A stretch of 64,000 nucleotides of DNA from an uncultured delta proteobacterium (GCA_963822965.1 CAWGJT010000005.1:1216001-1280000); one strand, 5' to 3'. Positions 38,792-48,663 are shown, counted from the first letter of the stretch. The notes: a model not told the origin generated them from the sequence alone. Translations and numbers: made by a program.

Positions 38792-40542
38792 CCGCGACCG
38801 ACTCGGACGCCCCCGACCCGGGCCGCTTCCGGCTCCTCGCCACCTCCGTCGCCGGACGACCCCTCGGAGTCGCCGAGGCACGGACGGGGGAGCCTCCGCA
38901 CACGGACGGACGGCTCGTCTTCGTTTCGGCGGGTCGTCCCGTCTCCGAGCAGCGCCGGGAGGTCCTCGTCCAGGCCGCTCTCCTCGGAGCTGGGAGCCTC
39001 GATCACCCGAGGATCCGACCGCTGCGTGGACGCCCGAAGCTCGCCCGCCGCTACCTGGCGCTCGAAGGTCACCGGGTGCTCACCGAGCTGGCCGGGCGGA
39101 TTCCGCTGGCGGCCGCGCTCTGCCCGAGAGAGACGGCGACCACGGCGACCGCCGACGAGTCCCTCGAGCTGGCCCGGAGCCGGAGCAGCATCGCCGATGC
39201 GCCCGCATGGTTCGGGGCCATCCGCCCTTCCCGGCTGCTGGGTGCGCCGGACGGCGGACCGGGCGCGCGGCCGGGCAACGACGATCTCCGTCTCCGGTTC
39301 CGCCCGACCGACGTTCCCGAAACGGAGGACGACGGAGACGCGGAACAAGGCGGTCGAAGCAGGATCCTCGAGCTGTTCGCGAGCCCGCTCGCTTCCGACA
39401 CGTTCTCGGACTTCTTCCACAAGCTGCTCGGCAGCTCCCGCTCCCCTGGCAGTGGTGCGGGCAATGGCGCGGGCGATGGTGCGGCCGGCGAGGGAACGGC
39501 GACGCGGTCACTGCGGCGGGTGGCGGGCGTGGGACCGGACGCACGGCCCGTTCCCGTCCCAATCCGAGTCACCGGCGAGACGCCCGGCGCGGCGACTGGC
39601 GTGGGCGGCGCCCTCTACCCGGAGTGGGACGTCCACAGGAGCCGCTACAAGCCGGAGCACTGCCGGGTCATCGAGTTCCCGCTGCGGACGACCCCGGACC
39701 TGACGGCTGCCGGTGTCGCCCGCGACGAGGTGCTCCGCCGACGCCTGACCCGTCTCGGCCTCGGCCCCAGGGTCGTCCGCCGCCAGCCCGATGGCGACGA
39801 CCTCGACGTCGAGGCACTCACCGACCTGTTCGTCGATCTGCATGCAGGCTACTCCCCGCCCGAGCGCGTCTACCTGGAGCGCCGCAAGCTCGATCGCGAC
39901 CTCGGCGTCCTGATCCTCGTCGACGCCTCCGGCTCTGCGACCGACACCGATCCGGCAGGCCTCTCCGTCCACGAGCACCAACGCCGGGCCGCCACCACCC
40001 TGGCCGTCACCCTCGAAGAGCTCGGCGACCAGGTCGCCGTCTACGGCTTCCGGTCCCACGGTCGAGGGTCGGTCCACCTGCTGGCCCTCAAACGTTTCGG
40101 GCAGCGCTTCGGCGCGGGCGGGCGCGCTCGACTCAACCAGCTGAGACCCGACGGCTACACCCGCCTCGGCGCCGGCATCCGCCATGCCGGCGAGATCCTC
40201 AAGCAAGAGGCCGGCACCCCGAATCGCCTGCTGCTCGTGCTCTCCGACGGCTTTCCCTACGACGACGGCTACGAGTCCCGCTATGCCGAGGCCGACAGCA
40301 GCAAGGCCCTCGAGGAGCTCCGGGCCGACGGCGTCGCGTGCCTCTGCCTCTCCATCGGCGGCTCCACTCCGCCCGACGCCCTCCAGCGCGTCTTCGGGTC
40401 GGCCAGCCACGCGAGCGCCCCGACCCTCGCCGACCTGAGCCCCCGCATGGACGAGCTCTTCCTCGTCGCCCTCCGGGAGCTCGCGGCGCCGAACCTGCGC
40501 GATCCCCGTCGTCGGCGGGCTTCGACGCGAGGGAGCGCATGA
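38788..40542 (+). CDS. NorD/CbbO-family VWA-domain activation protein
   Basis: YPEWD, QPDGDDLD, DASGS (MIDAS), YTRLGAGIRHA and LLLVLSDGFPYD motifs. GTGA overlap with the ATPase gene. Confidence 0.92.
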   Translation: MTATDSDAPDPGRFRLLATSVAGRPLGVAEARTGEPPHTDGRLVFVSAGRPVSEQRREVLVQAALLGAGSLDHPRIRPLRGRPKLARRYLALEGHRVLTELAGRIPLAAALCPRETATTATADESLELARSRSSIADAPAWFGAIRPSRLLGAPDGGPGARPGNDDLRLRFRPTDVPETEDDGDAEQGGRSRILELFASPLASDTFSDFFHKLLGSSRSPGSGAGNGAGDGAAGEGTATRSLRRVAGVGPDARPVPVPIRVTGETPGAATGVGGALYPEWDVHRSRYKPEHCRVIEFPLRTTPDLTAAGVARDEVLRRRLTRLGLGPRVVRRQPDGDDLDVEALTDLFVDLHAGYSPPERVYLERRKLDRDLGVLILVDASGSATDTDPAGLSVHEHQRRAATTLAVTLEELGDQVAVYGFRSHGRGSVHLLALKRFGQRFGAGGRARLNQLRPDGYTRLGAGIRHAGEILKQEAGTPNRLLLVLSDGFPYDDGYESRYAEADSSKALEELRADGVACLCLSIGGSTPPDALQRVFGSASHASAPTLADLSPRMDELFLVALRELAAPNLRDPRRRRASTRGSA

Positions 40543-41522
40543 AGATCCTGCTGACCGGCGCATTCGGCAATCTGGGCAGCCTGGTCATCGAAGAGCTTCT
40601 CGATCGGAATCACGACGTCGCGGCCTTCGACGTGGCGAGCAAGACCAATCGGAAGGTGGCCAAGGGCATCGGGGACCACCCGAACCTGGAGGTCGTGTGG
40701 GGAGACATCCGCGACGAGGATCAGGTGGCGTCCCTGGTTCACCGGGTCGACGCGGTCATCCACCTGGCTGCCGTCATCGCGCCGTTCTCCGAGAAGAATC
40801 CGGAGCTGGCCCACGCAGTGAACGTGGAAGGCACGGAGCACGTCCTGCGGGCGATCCGCACGGCACCGAGCCCTCCCCTGATGGTCTTCAGCTCGTCGAT
40901 CTCCGTCTTCGGCCCGAGGCAGAAGGGGGCTCCGCTCTGTACGCCTGGCGACGAGCTGGTGCGGACCGACCACTACTCCGGTCACAAGATCCACTGCGAA
41001 GAGCGGATCCGGGCGCTGGAATCCCGTTGGGCCATCCTGCGATTGGCAGGGATGGTCGATTCCCGCATGCGCCAGCGCGATCCGCTGCAGGCTCGGATGG
41101 GTTTCGCGCTGGCGCCCGACAACCCCGTGGAGTACGTCCACCCCAAGGACGCGGCGACGGCCCTCGCCAACGTCCTGGAGAGACCCGAAGCGCACAATCA
41201 GATCCATCTCATCGGCGGTGGCAAGGACTGCCAGGTGACCACGCTGGAGATGACCCAGACGATGATGGGTGCGATCGGCATCACGATCAACGCAGACGAC
41301 CTGGGGAACGAACCGACCTACGCGGCCTGGCTCGACACGACCGAATCGCAGAGGCAGCTGTCATTCCAGAGGCACACGGTCGAGGACTTCCGGCGAGAGT
41401 GCTTCGAGCGATTCCGGTTCGTTCGACCCTTCGTGAGACCCCTGTCTCCGCTGATCATGACGGCCATGAAGCTGTGGCTTCGACCCAGCGCGACCGAGAA
41501 TCGGGGAGATCCGAGAGGATGA
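40539..41522 (+). CDS. NAD-dependent epimerase/dehydratase (extended SDR)
   Basis: TGAFGNLG, VIHLAA, SSSISVFG and YSGHK motifs. ATGA overlap. Confidence 0.9.
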   Translation: MKILLTGAFGNLGSLVIEELLDRNHDVAAFDVASKTNRKVAKGIGDHPNLEVVWGDIRDEDQVASLVHRVDAVIHLAAVIAPFSEKNPELAHAVNVEGTEHVLRAIRTAPSPPLMVFSSSISVFGPRQKGAPLCTPGDELVRTDHYSGHKIHCEERIRALESRWAILRLAGMVDSRMRQRDPLQARMGFALAPDNPVEYVHPKDAATALANVLERPEAHNQIHLIGGGKDCQVTTLEMTQTMMGAIGITINADDLGNEPTYAAWLDTTESQRQLSFQRHTVEDFRRECFERFRFVRPFVRPLSPLIMTAMKLWLRPSATENRGDPRG

Positions 41523-42235
41523 GGCGAGCCGACGGCGAGGTGATCCTGCTCTGGGCGTTGCCGGTGGTGGGAGTCCTCTGGCTGTCTGCGTTCCTGCTGT
41601 TCCCGGGCTTCGTCCAACCGATGTCGCCCGCGATGTCGGCCGAGGAGGTCGCCGCCTTCTACCGCGACCCCGAGAACCTCCCGCGCATCCGCTACAGCAT
41701 GATCCTCTTCAACTGGTTTGCGGTGGGCCTGATCCCGGTCCTCGCTCTGATCGTGTTGCAGATCCGCCGGATGGCCCACCGCACGCCGATCTTCTCCTAC
41801 GCGATACTCGCGTGCGCGGCGGGCGGCCCCACGATCTTCCTCATGGCCAACCTGTTCTGGCTCCTCGCCGCCTTCCGCCCGGACCGCGATCCGGAGCTGA
41901 CCCTCCTGCTCAACGACCTCGCGTGGGTGACCTTCTCGAGTCAGGTCGGGTTCCTGATCGCACAGAATGTGATCCTCGCCCTCGCGATCCATCTCGACCG
42001 ACAGAAGCGACCCGTCTTCCAGCCCTGGGTGGCGCACTTCAATCTCGTCGTCGCCGCTCTGCTGATCCCGGCTGCCTTCGTGGGGGCAGCCATGACGGGC
42101 CCCGTCGCCTGGGACGGCCTGCTGACCTTCTGGGTGCGAAACATCGCCATCGGCCTCTGGATCGTCGTGATGGGCGTCGTGCTCGGCCAGACGATCAAAC
42201 GCCAGCGGGTCGAAGACGAGGCAGAGGCGGCATGA
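41519..42235 (+). CDS. Hypothetical multi-pass membrane protein (paralog A)
   Basis: 238 aa, about 6 hydrophobic helices. QIRRM, AFRPDRDPEL, NDLAW and GPVAWDG motifs. ATGA overlaps at both ends. Confidence 0.85.
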   Translation: MRRADGEVILLWALPVVGVLWLSAFLLFPGFVQPMSPAMSAEEVAAFYRDPENLPRIRYSMILFNWFAVGLIPVLALIVLQIRRMAHRTPIFSYAILACAAGGPTIFLMANLFWLLAAFRPDRDPELTLLLNDLAWVTFSSQVGFLIAQNVILALAIHLDRQKRPVFQPWVAHFNLVVAALLIPAAFVGAAMTGPVAWDGLLTFWVRNIAIGLWIVVMGVVLGQTIKRQRVEDEAEAA

Positions 42236-43065
42236 GCGCCCCGGCAATGGGAAGCGTGTCCGAGGCGCCCTCGGGCTCGCTGCTTCGCAAGATCGCCTGG
42301 CACTGGCGCCACGACGACAAGCGCGAGCTGTGGATCGGTTGGTGGACACTGGTCGTCTTCTACAACCTCTATGGCCTGCTGTTCTTCGTCGTCGCGCGCA
42401 CCCAGCCCCCGCCGCAGCCTTCCTTGAACCCCTCCGAAATCGTGCAGTGGTTCGACGACCGGCACCACGGCCTGATCTACGGGTACGCGATCGTCTTCAT
42501 CGTGGGTGGCGCGACGGCGATCATGAACGCGACGCTCGCCTATACGATGCGGCGCATGTCGGTGAGTCGCGCGTTCGCGTACTCCTACCTCGTCATCTAC
42601 GCACTCGCGACGCTTCCCGGCATGCTGATCATGGGCGTGGTGTGCACAGTCGGCGCCATGCGGCCCGACCGCGACCCCGAACTCATGAGCTGGCTGTACG
42701 ACTTCGCGTTCTTGTCGTTCGAAGGGACCATGGGCGTGTTCCTGATCGGCTCTCTCGTCTGGATGGTCGCGGTCCTGCTCGACGAGAACGGGGTGTTCCC
42801 GAAGTGGTTCGGCTACCTGAATCTCTGCAACGCGCTCACGGAGGTCGTCGTCGCACCGGCGTGGATCTTCAAGAGCGGCCCCTTCGCCTGGGACGGCGCG
42901 ATCGCGTGGTGGATCAACATGGGCGTGTTCGTCACCTACACGACCGTCTTCCTCACGCTGCTCCACAGGATGATCTTGCGTGAGGACTTCGGAAGTGGGC
43001 CATTGCCGGAACTCGCGAGCGACGACGCGACGGCGCCGCCCGGTTCGCTCGAGGCGGCACGATGA
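42232..43065 (+). CDS. Hypothetical multi-pass membrane protein (paralog B)
   Basis: 277 aa. TMRRM, AMRPDRDPEL, YDFAF, VFPKW and GPFAWDG motifs correspond to those of paralog A. Confidence 0.85.
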   Translation: MSAPAMGSVSEAPSGSLLRKIAWHWRHDDKRELWIGWWTLVVFYNLYGLLFFVVARTQPPPQPSLNPSEIVQWFDDRHHGLIYGYAIVFIVGGATAIMNATLAYTMRRMSVSRAFAYSYLVIYALATLPGMLIMGVVCTVGAMRPDRDPELMSWLYDFAFLSFEGTMGVFLIGSLVWMVAVLLDENGVFPKWFGYLNLCNALTEVVVAPAWIFKSGPFAWDGAIAWWINMGVFVTYTTVFLTLLHRMILREDFGSGPLPELASDDATAPPGSLEAAR

Positions 43066-43661
43066 CGAGCGCCGCAGAGACAGGATACCAGGCGAACGAC
43101 CGGCTCCAGGCCGCCCGCTTCGTGCCTGGCCAGCCGGACATGTGGGCCTTCGTGCTGTTCGAGGCGCTCGTCTTCACCGCCTACTTCACGGTGTACGTCT
43201 TCAGCCGGGCTCGAAGCCCCGACCTCTTCCTGGAATCCCAGGCGCATCTGGACCTGGGGGTCGGGGTCTTCAACACCCTCGTGCTGCTGGCGAGCTCCTG
43301 GTTCGTGGCTCGCTGCGTCCACGCGTCCCGCGAGGGCTCGCTTCGGGCCGCGAGGACGAACGCGTTCCTGACCATGCTCTGCGGCTTCGTATTCCTCGTC
43401 TCCAAGGTGCGCGAATGGGCGGCGGAGATCGAGCAGGGGTTCAGCTTCACCAGCGACGAGTTCTTCTCCTTCTACTACTTCCTGACGGCGATCCACTTCC
43501 TCCACTTGCTGATCGGCTTCGGTGTGTTGGCCATCGCCGTCCACCAGCTCTCGAGCCCCGCGCGACGCTCCCAGGAGGTGGTCGAGACCTGCGCCACCTA
43601 CTGGCACACGATCGACTTCCTCTGGGTCATGATCTTCGCTCTGCTCTACGTCATGAGGTGA
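43062..43661 (+). CDS. Cytochrome c oxidase subunit III-family protein (NorE-like)
   Basis: MWAFVLFEALVF, NTLVLLASS, FFSFYYFLTAIHFLH and YWHTIDFLW motifs. Confidence 0.92.
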   Translation: MTSAAETGYQANDRLQAARFVPGQPDMWAFVLFEALVFTAYFTVYVFSRARSPDLFLESQAHLDLGVGVFNTLVLLASSWFVARCVHASREGSLRAARTNAFLTMLCGFVFLVSKVREWAAEIEQGFSFTSDEFFSFYYFLTAIHFLHLLIGFGVLAIAVHQLSSPARRSQEVVETCATYWHTIDFLWVMIFALLYVMR

Positions 43662-43665
43662 TTTC

Positions 43666-43962
43666 GTGGCAGCCGGATTCGAGAAGAGACTGTTCGTCGT
43701 ATGGCTGGCCCTGTCCGCGATGACGATCGCGCAGCTCGGCGTCGGCTCACTCGAGGGCCGGGCGACGTTCGCGCCGAACACCGTGATCACGTTGGGCGCG
43801 GTCGGCATCGCGCTCGTCAAGGTGCGCATCATCTTCCGGGAGTTCATGGAAGTGAGGCACGCTCCGGCGCTGCTGTGCCGGCTCACCGACCTCTGGATCG
43901 TGTTGACCGGCGTGGCTCTCCTCGCCGGCCATCTGGCCGGCACGCTGCTCCCACGGAGCTGA
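43666..43962 (+). CDS. Cytochrome c oxidase subunit IV-family small membrane protein
   Basis: 98 aa, three TM helices, with the prokaryotic CoxIV pattern VWLAL...IALVKVRIIFREFMEVRHAP. Confidence 0.85.
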   Translation: MAAGFEKRLFVVWLALSAMTIAQLGVGSLEGRATFAPNTVITLGAVGIALVKVRIIFREFMEVRHAPALLCRLTDLWIVLTGVALLAGHLAGTLLPRS

Positions 43963-44044
43963 GGGCCGGGGAAAGCGGGCGCGCCAGCCGCCAGCACGAC
44001 GCTTTCCGCTCAACCTCGGGGTCTGCCCGGCCGACGACGTTCGA

Positions 44045-44782
44045 ATGGAGCTCATCGCCGGACTGTCCGTCGCCCTCCTGGTCCTGACCGCGTTGGTCGT
44101 GGCCACGCGCACCTACGCGCTGTGGTTTCGGACCCGGGGCCTGCCCGAGCTCCTGCTGAGCCTGTATCTCACCTTCGCCACCGTGCTCGGCTACCCGGTC
44201 GTGATCGCGATGATGCAGATTCCCGCGTCCGAGTCGGTGGCGTTGCACGTGCTGGGGGCGCTGCTCACGACAGCGGGTCCGATCTGCCTGCTCCTCTTCA
44301 CACTGGAGGTCTTCCGATCCGGCTCCGTCTGGGCCCGCGTCCTCGTCGTCCTGGCGCTTCTGCCGAACCTCGTGGGCAGTGCGCTCTATTTCGTCGAGGT
44401 GACCGGCTCGAGCCCGCGGCCGATCGGGGAGCTGATCGGCGTGAATTTCCTCAACTCCACCGCCAACGCCGTCGCCTACTTCTGGGCGGCCTTCGAGGCG
44501 CTCAGCTACCACCGGCAGCTGCGGCGGCGACTCCATCTCGGTCTCAGCGAGGCGACCGTGGTGAACCGCATGCTGCTCTGGGGGCTGATGACCCTGGCCG
44601 GCGGCGTGGCGGTCGCCATCAACCTGATCGCACTGCTCGCCGGCTCCTTCCTCAGCCCGCCGGTCGTGCTGGTCTCGAGCCTGCTGGGCCTCGTCCACGC
44701 GTGCTGCCTGTTCCTCGCCTTCCATCCGCCGCTCTGGTACCGGGCGTGGCTCGACGCGAGCTCGGAGGGGAAGAGCGCCTAG
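44045..44782 (+). CDS. Hypothetical membrane protein, about 7 TM helices
   Basis: Clean 245-aa hydrophobic ORF with RTRGLPELLL and RRLHLGL...VVNRMLLWG motifs. Confidence 0.75.
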   Translation: MELIAGLSVALLVLTALVVATRTYALWFRTRGLPELLLSLYLTFATVLGYPVVIAMMQIPASESVALHVLGALLTTAGPICLLLFTLEVFRSGSVWARVLVVLALLPNLVGSALYFVEVTGSSPRPIGELIGVNFLNSTANAVAYFWAAFEALSYHRQLRRRLHLGLSEATVVNRMLLWGLMTLAGGVAVAINLIALLAGSFLSPPVVLVSSLLGLVHACCLFLAFHPPLWYRAWLDASSEGKSA

Positions 44783-44802
44783 CCGGGGCGGACGCGGCGA
44801 CG

Positions 44803-45708
44803 TCAGAGTCCGAATCGGACTTCCGTCAATCGCTCCGAGGCCACCCAGAGGCGCGCCGCCACCTCCGCGTCGCGGGCGTGTGCGCTGGGCTCGACCGCGC
44901 CGGGTGGGCCGCCCATCTGTCCGAAGCCGGTCGGACCGTAGTAGCCGCCGCCGACCACTCGTGGGTCGCAGGCCGCGAAGACCAGCGAGCGGGCGCCTTC
45001 CTCCGCCTTCTGACCGAAGAGGCGCATCGACAGCCGGTAGCCCCAGAGCTCGACACGGTCGCGCAGACGCCACCGGTCTTCGCGCTCCCAGCCGGCCGCG
45101 ATCGGGGTCTTCGAGATGCCCGGATGCGCTGCGACGCTCACGAGCGGGAGGCCAGCGGCCCTGACGCGACGGCTCAGCTCCAGAGCGAACATCAGGCACG
45201 CGAGCTTCGCGTTGCCGTAGGCGCGCGACGAGGAGTAGCTGCGTTCGAGCTGGAGATCGTCGAGGTCGATGCGACCCGTCGCGTGGGCGATGCTCGCGAC
45301 GCTCACGACGCGCGCGCGCCCGCTGCGCGCGAGCGCGGGGAGCAGCAGGCCCGTGAGGGCGAAGTGGCCGAGGTAGGCCACGCCGAGCTCCAGCTCGAAG
45401 CCATCACGGGTGATGGCCCGCTCCATCGGGGGCAGCAGACCGGCATTGTTGACGAGCACGTCCAGTGCTTCGCCTCGCGCGAGCTCGTCGGCGGCAAAGC
45501 TTCGGATTCGCGACAGGTCCGCGAGGTCGAGCTCGCGCATCTCCGCGCGACCTCCGGCGTCGCGAATGCGTCGGACGGCGACCTCCCCTCCCGCGACGTC
45601 GCGGTCGGCCACCACGACGTGGTCGCCACCCGCCGCCAATGCGAGGGCGGTCTCGAGGCCGATGCCGCTCGCGGCACCGGTCACGAGGACGCGGCGGGAG
45701 GTGGGCAC
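44803..45708 (-). CDS. SDR oxidoreductase (retinol dehydrogenase/WWOX-like)
   Basis: VTGAASGIG, LVNNAG, YGNAK and AAHPG motifs. Confidence 0.92.
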   Translation of the reverse strand: MPTSRRVLVTGAASGIGLETALALAAGGDHVVVADRDVAGGEVAVRRIRDAGGRAEMRELDLADLSRIRSFAADELARGEALDVLVNNAGLLPPMERAITRDGFELELGVAYLGHFALTGLLLPALARSGRARVVSVASIAHATGRIDLDDLQLERSYSSSRAYGNAKLACLMFALELSRRVRAAGLPLVSVAAHPGISKTPIAAGWEREDRWRLRDRVELWGYRLSMRLFGQKAEEGARSLVFAACDPRVVGGGYYGPTGFGQMGGPPGAVEPSAHARDAEVAARLWVASERLTEVRFGL

Positions 45709-45716
45709 GCCCCCGC

Positions 45717-46163
45717 CTACTCCGCGGGGTCGCCTTCCGAAGCGGCGAGCGGATCGTGCTGGCGCCCGGAGTCGAAGCCGCCACGCTTGCGCAGGAACGT
45801 GGTGGAGCGCCGGTGGATGCGCCAACCATCGGCGGTGCGCACATACTCGTCCTCGTACCAGGCGAGCCGCATGGCGTGGGTCTTCTGGTCGATGAAGACA
45901 TAGTGCTGGATCCCCGTGGCCCGGTCCTCGCCGTCGAAGTCGACGACCGGCATGTTGCCGATGAACTGCCCCCGCGGCGCCGCGGCCAGCAGCTCCGGCA
46001 TCCTCTCCACCGAGTACTTCGTGCCGAACGCGCTGTACTCGCCGTCCGGCGTGAAGAGCTCGAGCCACCGATCGACGAGGTACTGGCTCGCGAAGGCCAT
46101 GTAGCGGGAGCACAGCTCGTGGATCTCCACGAGGTCGGCGATCCGCCGGGGCCCTCCGCTCAC
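45717..46163 (-). CDS. SnoaL-like/NTF2-fold protein
   Basis: DLVEIHELCSRY, LFTPDG and YEDEYVRTADGWRIHRR motifs. GTGA overlap with the upstream gene. Confidence 0.85.
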   Translation of the reverse strand: MSGGPRRIADLVEIHELCSRYMAFASQYLVDRWLELFTPDGEYSAFGTKYSVERMPELLAAAPRGQFIGNMPVVDFDGEDRATGIQHYVFIDQKTHAMRLAWYEDEYVRTADGWRIHRRSTTFLRKRGGFDSGRQHDPLAASEGDPAE

Positions 46164-46495
46164 GGAATCGGCTCGATCTTGAGCTCGAACTGGGCCGTCC
46201 CAGTGTCCGGGATGTAGGGCTGCTTCCAGATCTCGACCGGGAACGACATCACGATGAGCGAGTACAGCAGCTCGAGCAGCCGGTGCGCGTCCTCGGGGAG
46301 ATCGTCGAGCGGGAACGGGTCCAGGTACTGCATGGCGTCCTCGGCGCGCGGGAAGACCGCGTCGTAGAATGCCTGGATCTCGTCCATGGTGCTGGCCAGG
46401 CGCTTCGCGTAGCGCTCGGGCTCGCTGTCGAAGCACCAGTCTGCGACCCAGGGTTCCAGATCGGAGAATTCAGCGGGCAGCAAGGCATCGGCCAC
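46160..46495 (-). CDS. Small hypothetical protein (Rieske-associated, copy 1)
   Basis: 111 aa, MADALLPAEFSDLEPW...RLASTMDEIQAFYDA. Clear paralog of 50028..50363. Confidence 0.85.
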   Translation of the reverse strand: MADALLPAEFSDLEPWVADWCFDSEPERYAKRLASTMDEIQAFYDAVFPRAEDAMQYLDPFPLDDLPEDAHRLLELLYSLIVMSFPVEIWKQPYIPDTGTAQFELKIEPIP

Positions 46496-46498
46496 CTT

Positions 46499-47804
46499 TC
46501 ATCCCTCCCCTTGCTTGCGTTTGTAGTCTTCGACCCAGTTGTGGATCGTCTTGTTCGCGTGCCGGCACATGAACTCCTGGTCGCCCAGCGGGAAGGTCGA
46601 GACGACACGCGACTCGAGTCCCATCTGCGTCGCCTCGAGGGTGCCGCAGTCCTCGAGGGCGTACTCCTTGATCGTGGCGATGCCCAGCTGCTGGGCGAGG
46701 CGCTCGCGCACGTTGCGCGGCGGCGTGAAGTAGGCGTTCGCCTCGAAGAGCAGGCGATCGTGCGCGACGGGCCAGTAGTGGTAGGTGAGGTACCAGCCCG
46801 TCTCCCAGAACACGATCGCGAAGTTCGGGAAGATCTGGAACGAATCCAGGCCCCAGCTCTTCTTGTTGCCCGGGTTGAGGCCCGGCGGGAGCTCGTCGCC
46901 GACGATCTCGGACGGGTCCCAGGGGCCGAACAGGCCGCTGCGCATCAGCTGCTCGATGGGGTTGTAGAACTCCGGCACCAGCTTGCCGCCCGCGCCCCCG
47001 GTCGTCGAGCCCACGCGATGCGGGACCGTCGGTCTGGAAGTGGCTCGTGTAGAAGCCCTTTGTCCTGGTAGTCGGTCTGCCTCATGACCGGGTTCTGGTG
47101 GCCATGGAGGATGGGCGGGTGATAGAACTCCTGGAAGGCGTCGTGGAAGATCTTCCAGTTGCTGCCGATGTCGCCGCGGTAGTAGTAGCGCTGGGTCAGC
47201 TTCTCGAAGGGGTAGTCGATCGCGGTGATCATCGGGCCGAGGAACTCGTGTGAGCGACTGCTCCGGCTGCTCGGCGAAGTTCACGAAGATGAAGCCATTC
47301 CAGATGTCGCAGTGCACCGACACGAGGGGGTAGTCGGCCTTGTCGATCCCGAAGAACTCGCTCTTCCTGGAGGATGAAGGTCAGTCGGCCCTCGAGATCG
47401 TAGGTCCAGCCGTGGTACTTGCAGGCGAACTGGCGGCAGGTCCCGCTGACCTCTTCGCCCGGGTGATCGGTCCACACCAGCTTGTTGCCGCGATGGCGGC
47501 AGACGTTGTGGAAGGCGCGGATCCGTTCGTCCTTGCCTCGAACGACGATCAGCGAGGTCTTCAGGCCTGGGAGCTCCTTGGTGAAGAAGCCGCCCTTTCG
47601 CGGGAGCTGCTCGACCCGCCCGACGTTCAGCCAGGCCCGCTTGAAGACAGCCTCGCGCTCGAGCTCGAAGAACTCGGGCGAGATCGCGCTCTCGTAGGAT
47701 ACCGGGGCGGTGTCCAGCTCGGGGTTGTGCTCCGTCCAGGAGCCCTCGGGAGGCTTCGGATGCTGTCCCGCGGCTCTCTTCGGGACCTTCAGGGATTCCG
47801 ACAT
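46499..47804 (-). CDS. Rieske non-heme iron oxygenase alpha subunit (frameshifted)
   Basis: CRHRG...CKYHGW Rieske motif, NWK...DAFQEFYHPPILH and LED. Split over ORFs 47229..47804, 46945..47232 and 46499..47323. Confidence 0.9.
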
Positions 47805-47850
47805 GCCATTCGCTCCTTCGCGCGTTCCTTGGCGCCTTCTCTGGCTCTCG

Positions 47851-48606
47851 TCACAGGACCATGCCGCCGTTGACCCCGACCACCTGGCCGGTGATGAAGG
47901 CGGCTTCCTCGGAGCAGAGGAAGCCGCAGGTGGCAGCGATCTCTTCGGGGGTTCCGGCTCGCCCGACCGGCACGACCTGCGCGGCGGTCTTCTCGAGCCC
48001 TCCGATGTCTCCCCCGGCCGAAGCGCGGCGCAGCATCGGCGTGTCGATCATGCCCGGGGTCACGACGTTGACGGTGATGCCCTTGCGGGCGAGCTCCAGC
48101 GCCAGCGCGCGAGTCAGGCCGACCACGCCGGCCTTCGAGGCGACGTAGTGCGCCATCCGCGGCGCGCCCGACTGCGCGCTCGACGACGAGATGGTCACCA
48201 TCCGACCCCAGCCCGCGTCGAGCATGTCGGGCGCCGCGGACTGGAGACAGTGGAAGGTGCCGGTGAGGTTGACGCTGAGGAGTCGCTCCCACCTCTCGGG
48301 CGTGATGTCGACGAAGCGCTCGAAGGCGTCGAGCCCGGCTGCCGTGACCATGATCGCGATGGGCCCGAGCTGCGCCCGGGCCTTGTCGAGCGCCGCGTCC
48401 ACGGCGCCGCGGTCGGTGACGTCGACCTCCACGCCGACCGCCCGTGCGCCCGCCTCGCGGAGCTCCTCTGCGGCCCGGTGCACCTCCTCGCCCTGGAGAT
48501 CGAGCAGGGCGACCCGGGCCCCCTGGGCCGCGAGGTGTCGAGCGATCGCCCGGCCCATGCCCGACGCCGCTCCCGTGACCACGGCGACCCGCTCCATCCC
48601 TGCCAT
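47851..48606 (-). CDS. SDR oxidoreductase (FabG-like)
   Basis: VTGAASGMG, YVASK and ITGQVVGVNGG motifs. Confidence 0.92.
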   Translation of the reverse strand: MAGMERVAVVTGAASGMGRAIARHLAAQGARVALLDLQGEEVHRAAEELREAGARAVGVEVDVTDRGAVDAALDKARAQLGPIAIMVTAAGLDAFERFVDITPERWERLLSVNLTGTFHCLQSAAPDMLDAGWGRMVTISSSSAQSGAPRMAHYVASKAGVVGLTRALALELARKGITVNVVTPGMIDTPMLRRASAGGDIGGLEKTAAQVVPVGRAGTPEEIAATCGFLCSEEAAFITGQVVGVNGGMVL

Positions 48607-48663
48607 CGCTCCGCTGCCTCCGAGGTGGGGCCCGGCGGCGAGTATGAACCGGCCAGAACTCGC

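Noticed and set aside
38001..43962. Calling the operon a nitric oxide reductase, RuBisCO activase locus or cytochrome c oxidase
   Set aside because: No NorB/CoxI with six conserved His, no CxxCH cytochrome, no CuA subunit II and no RuBisCO gene in the window.
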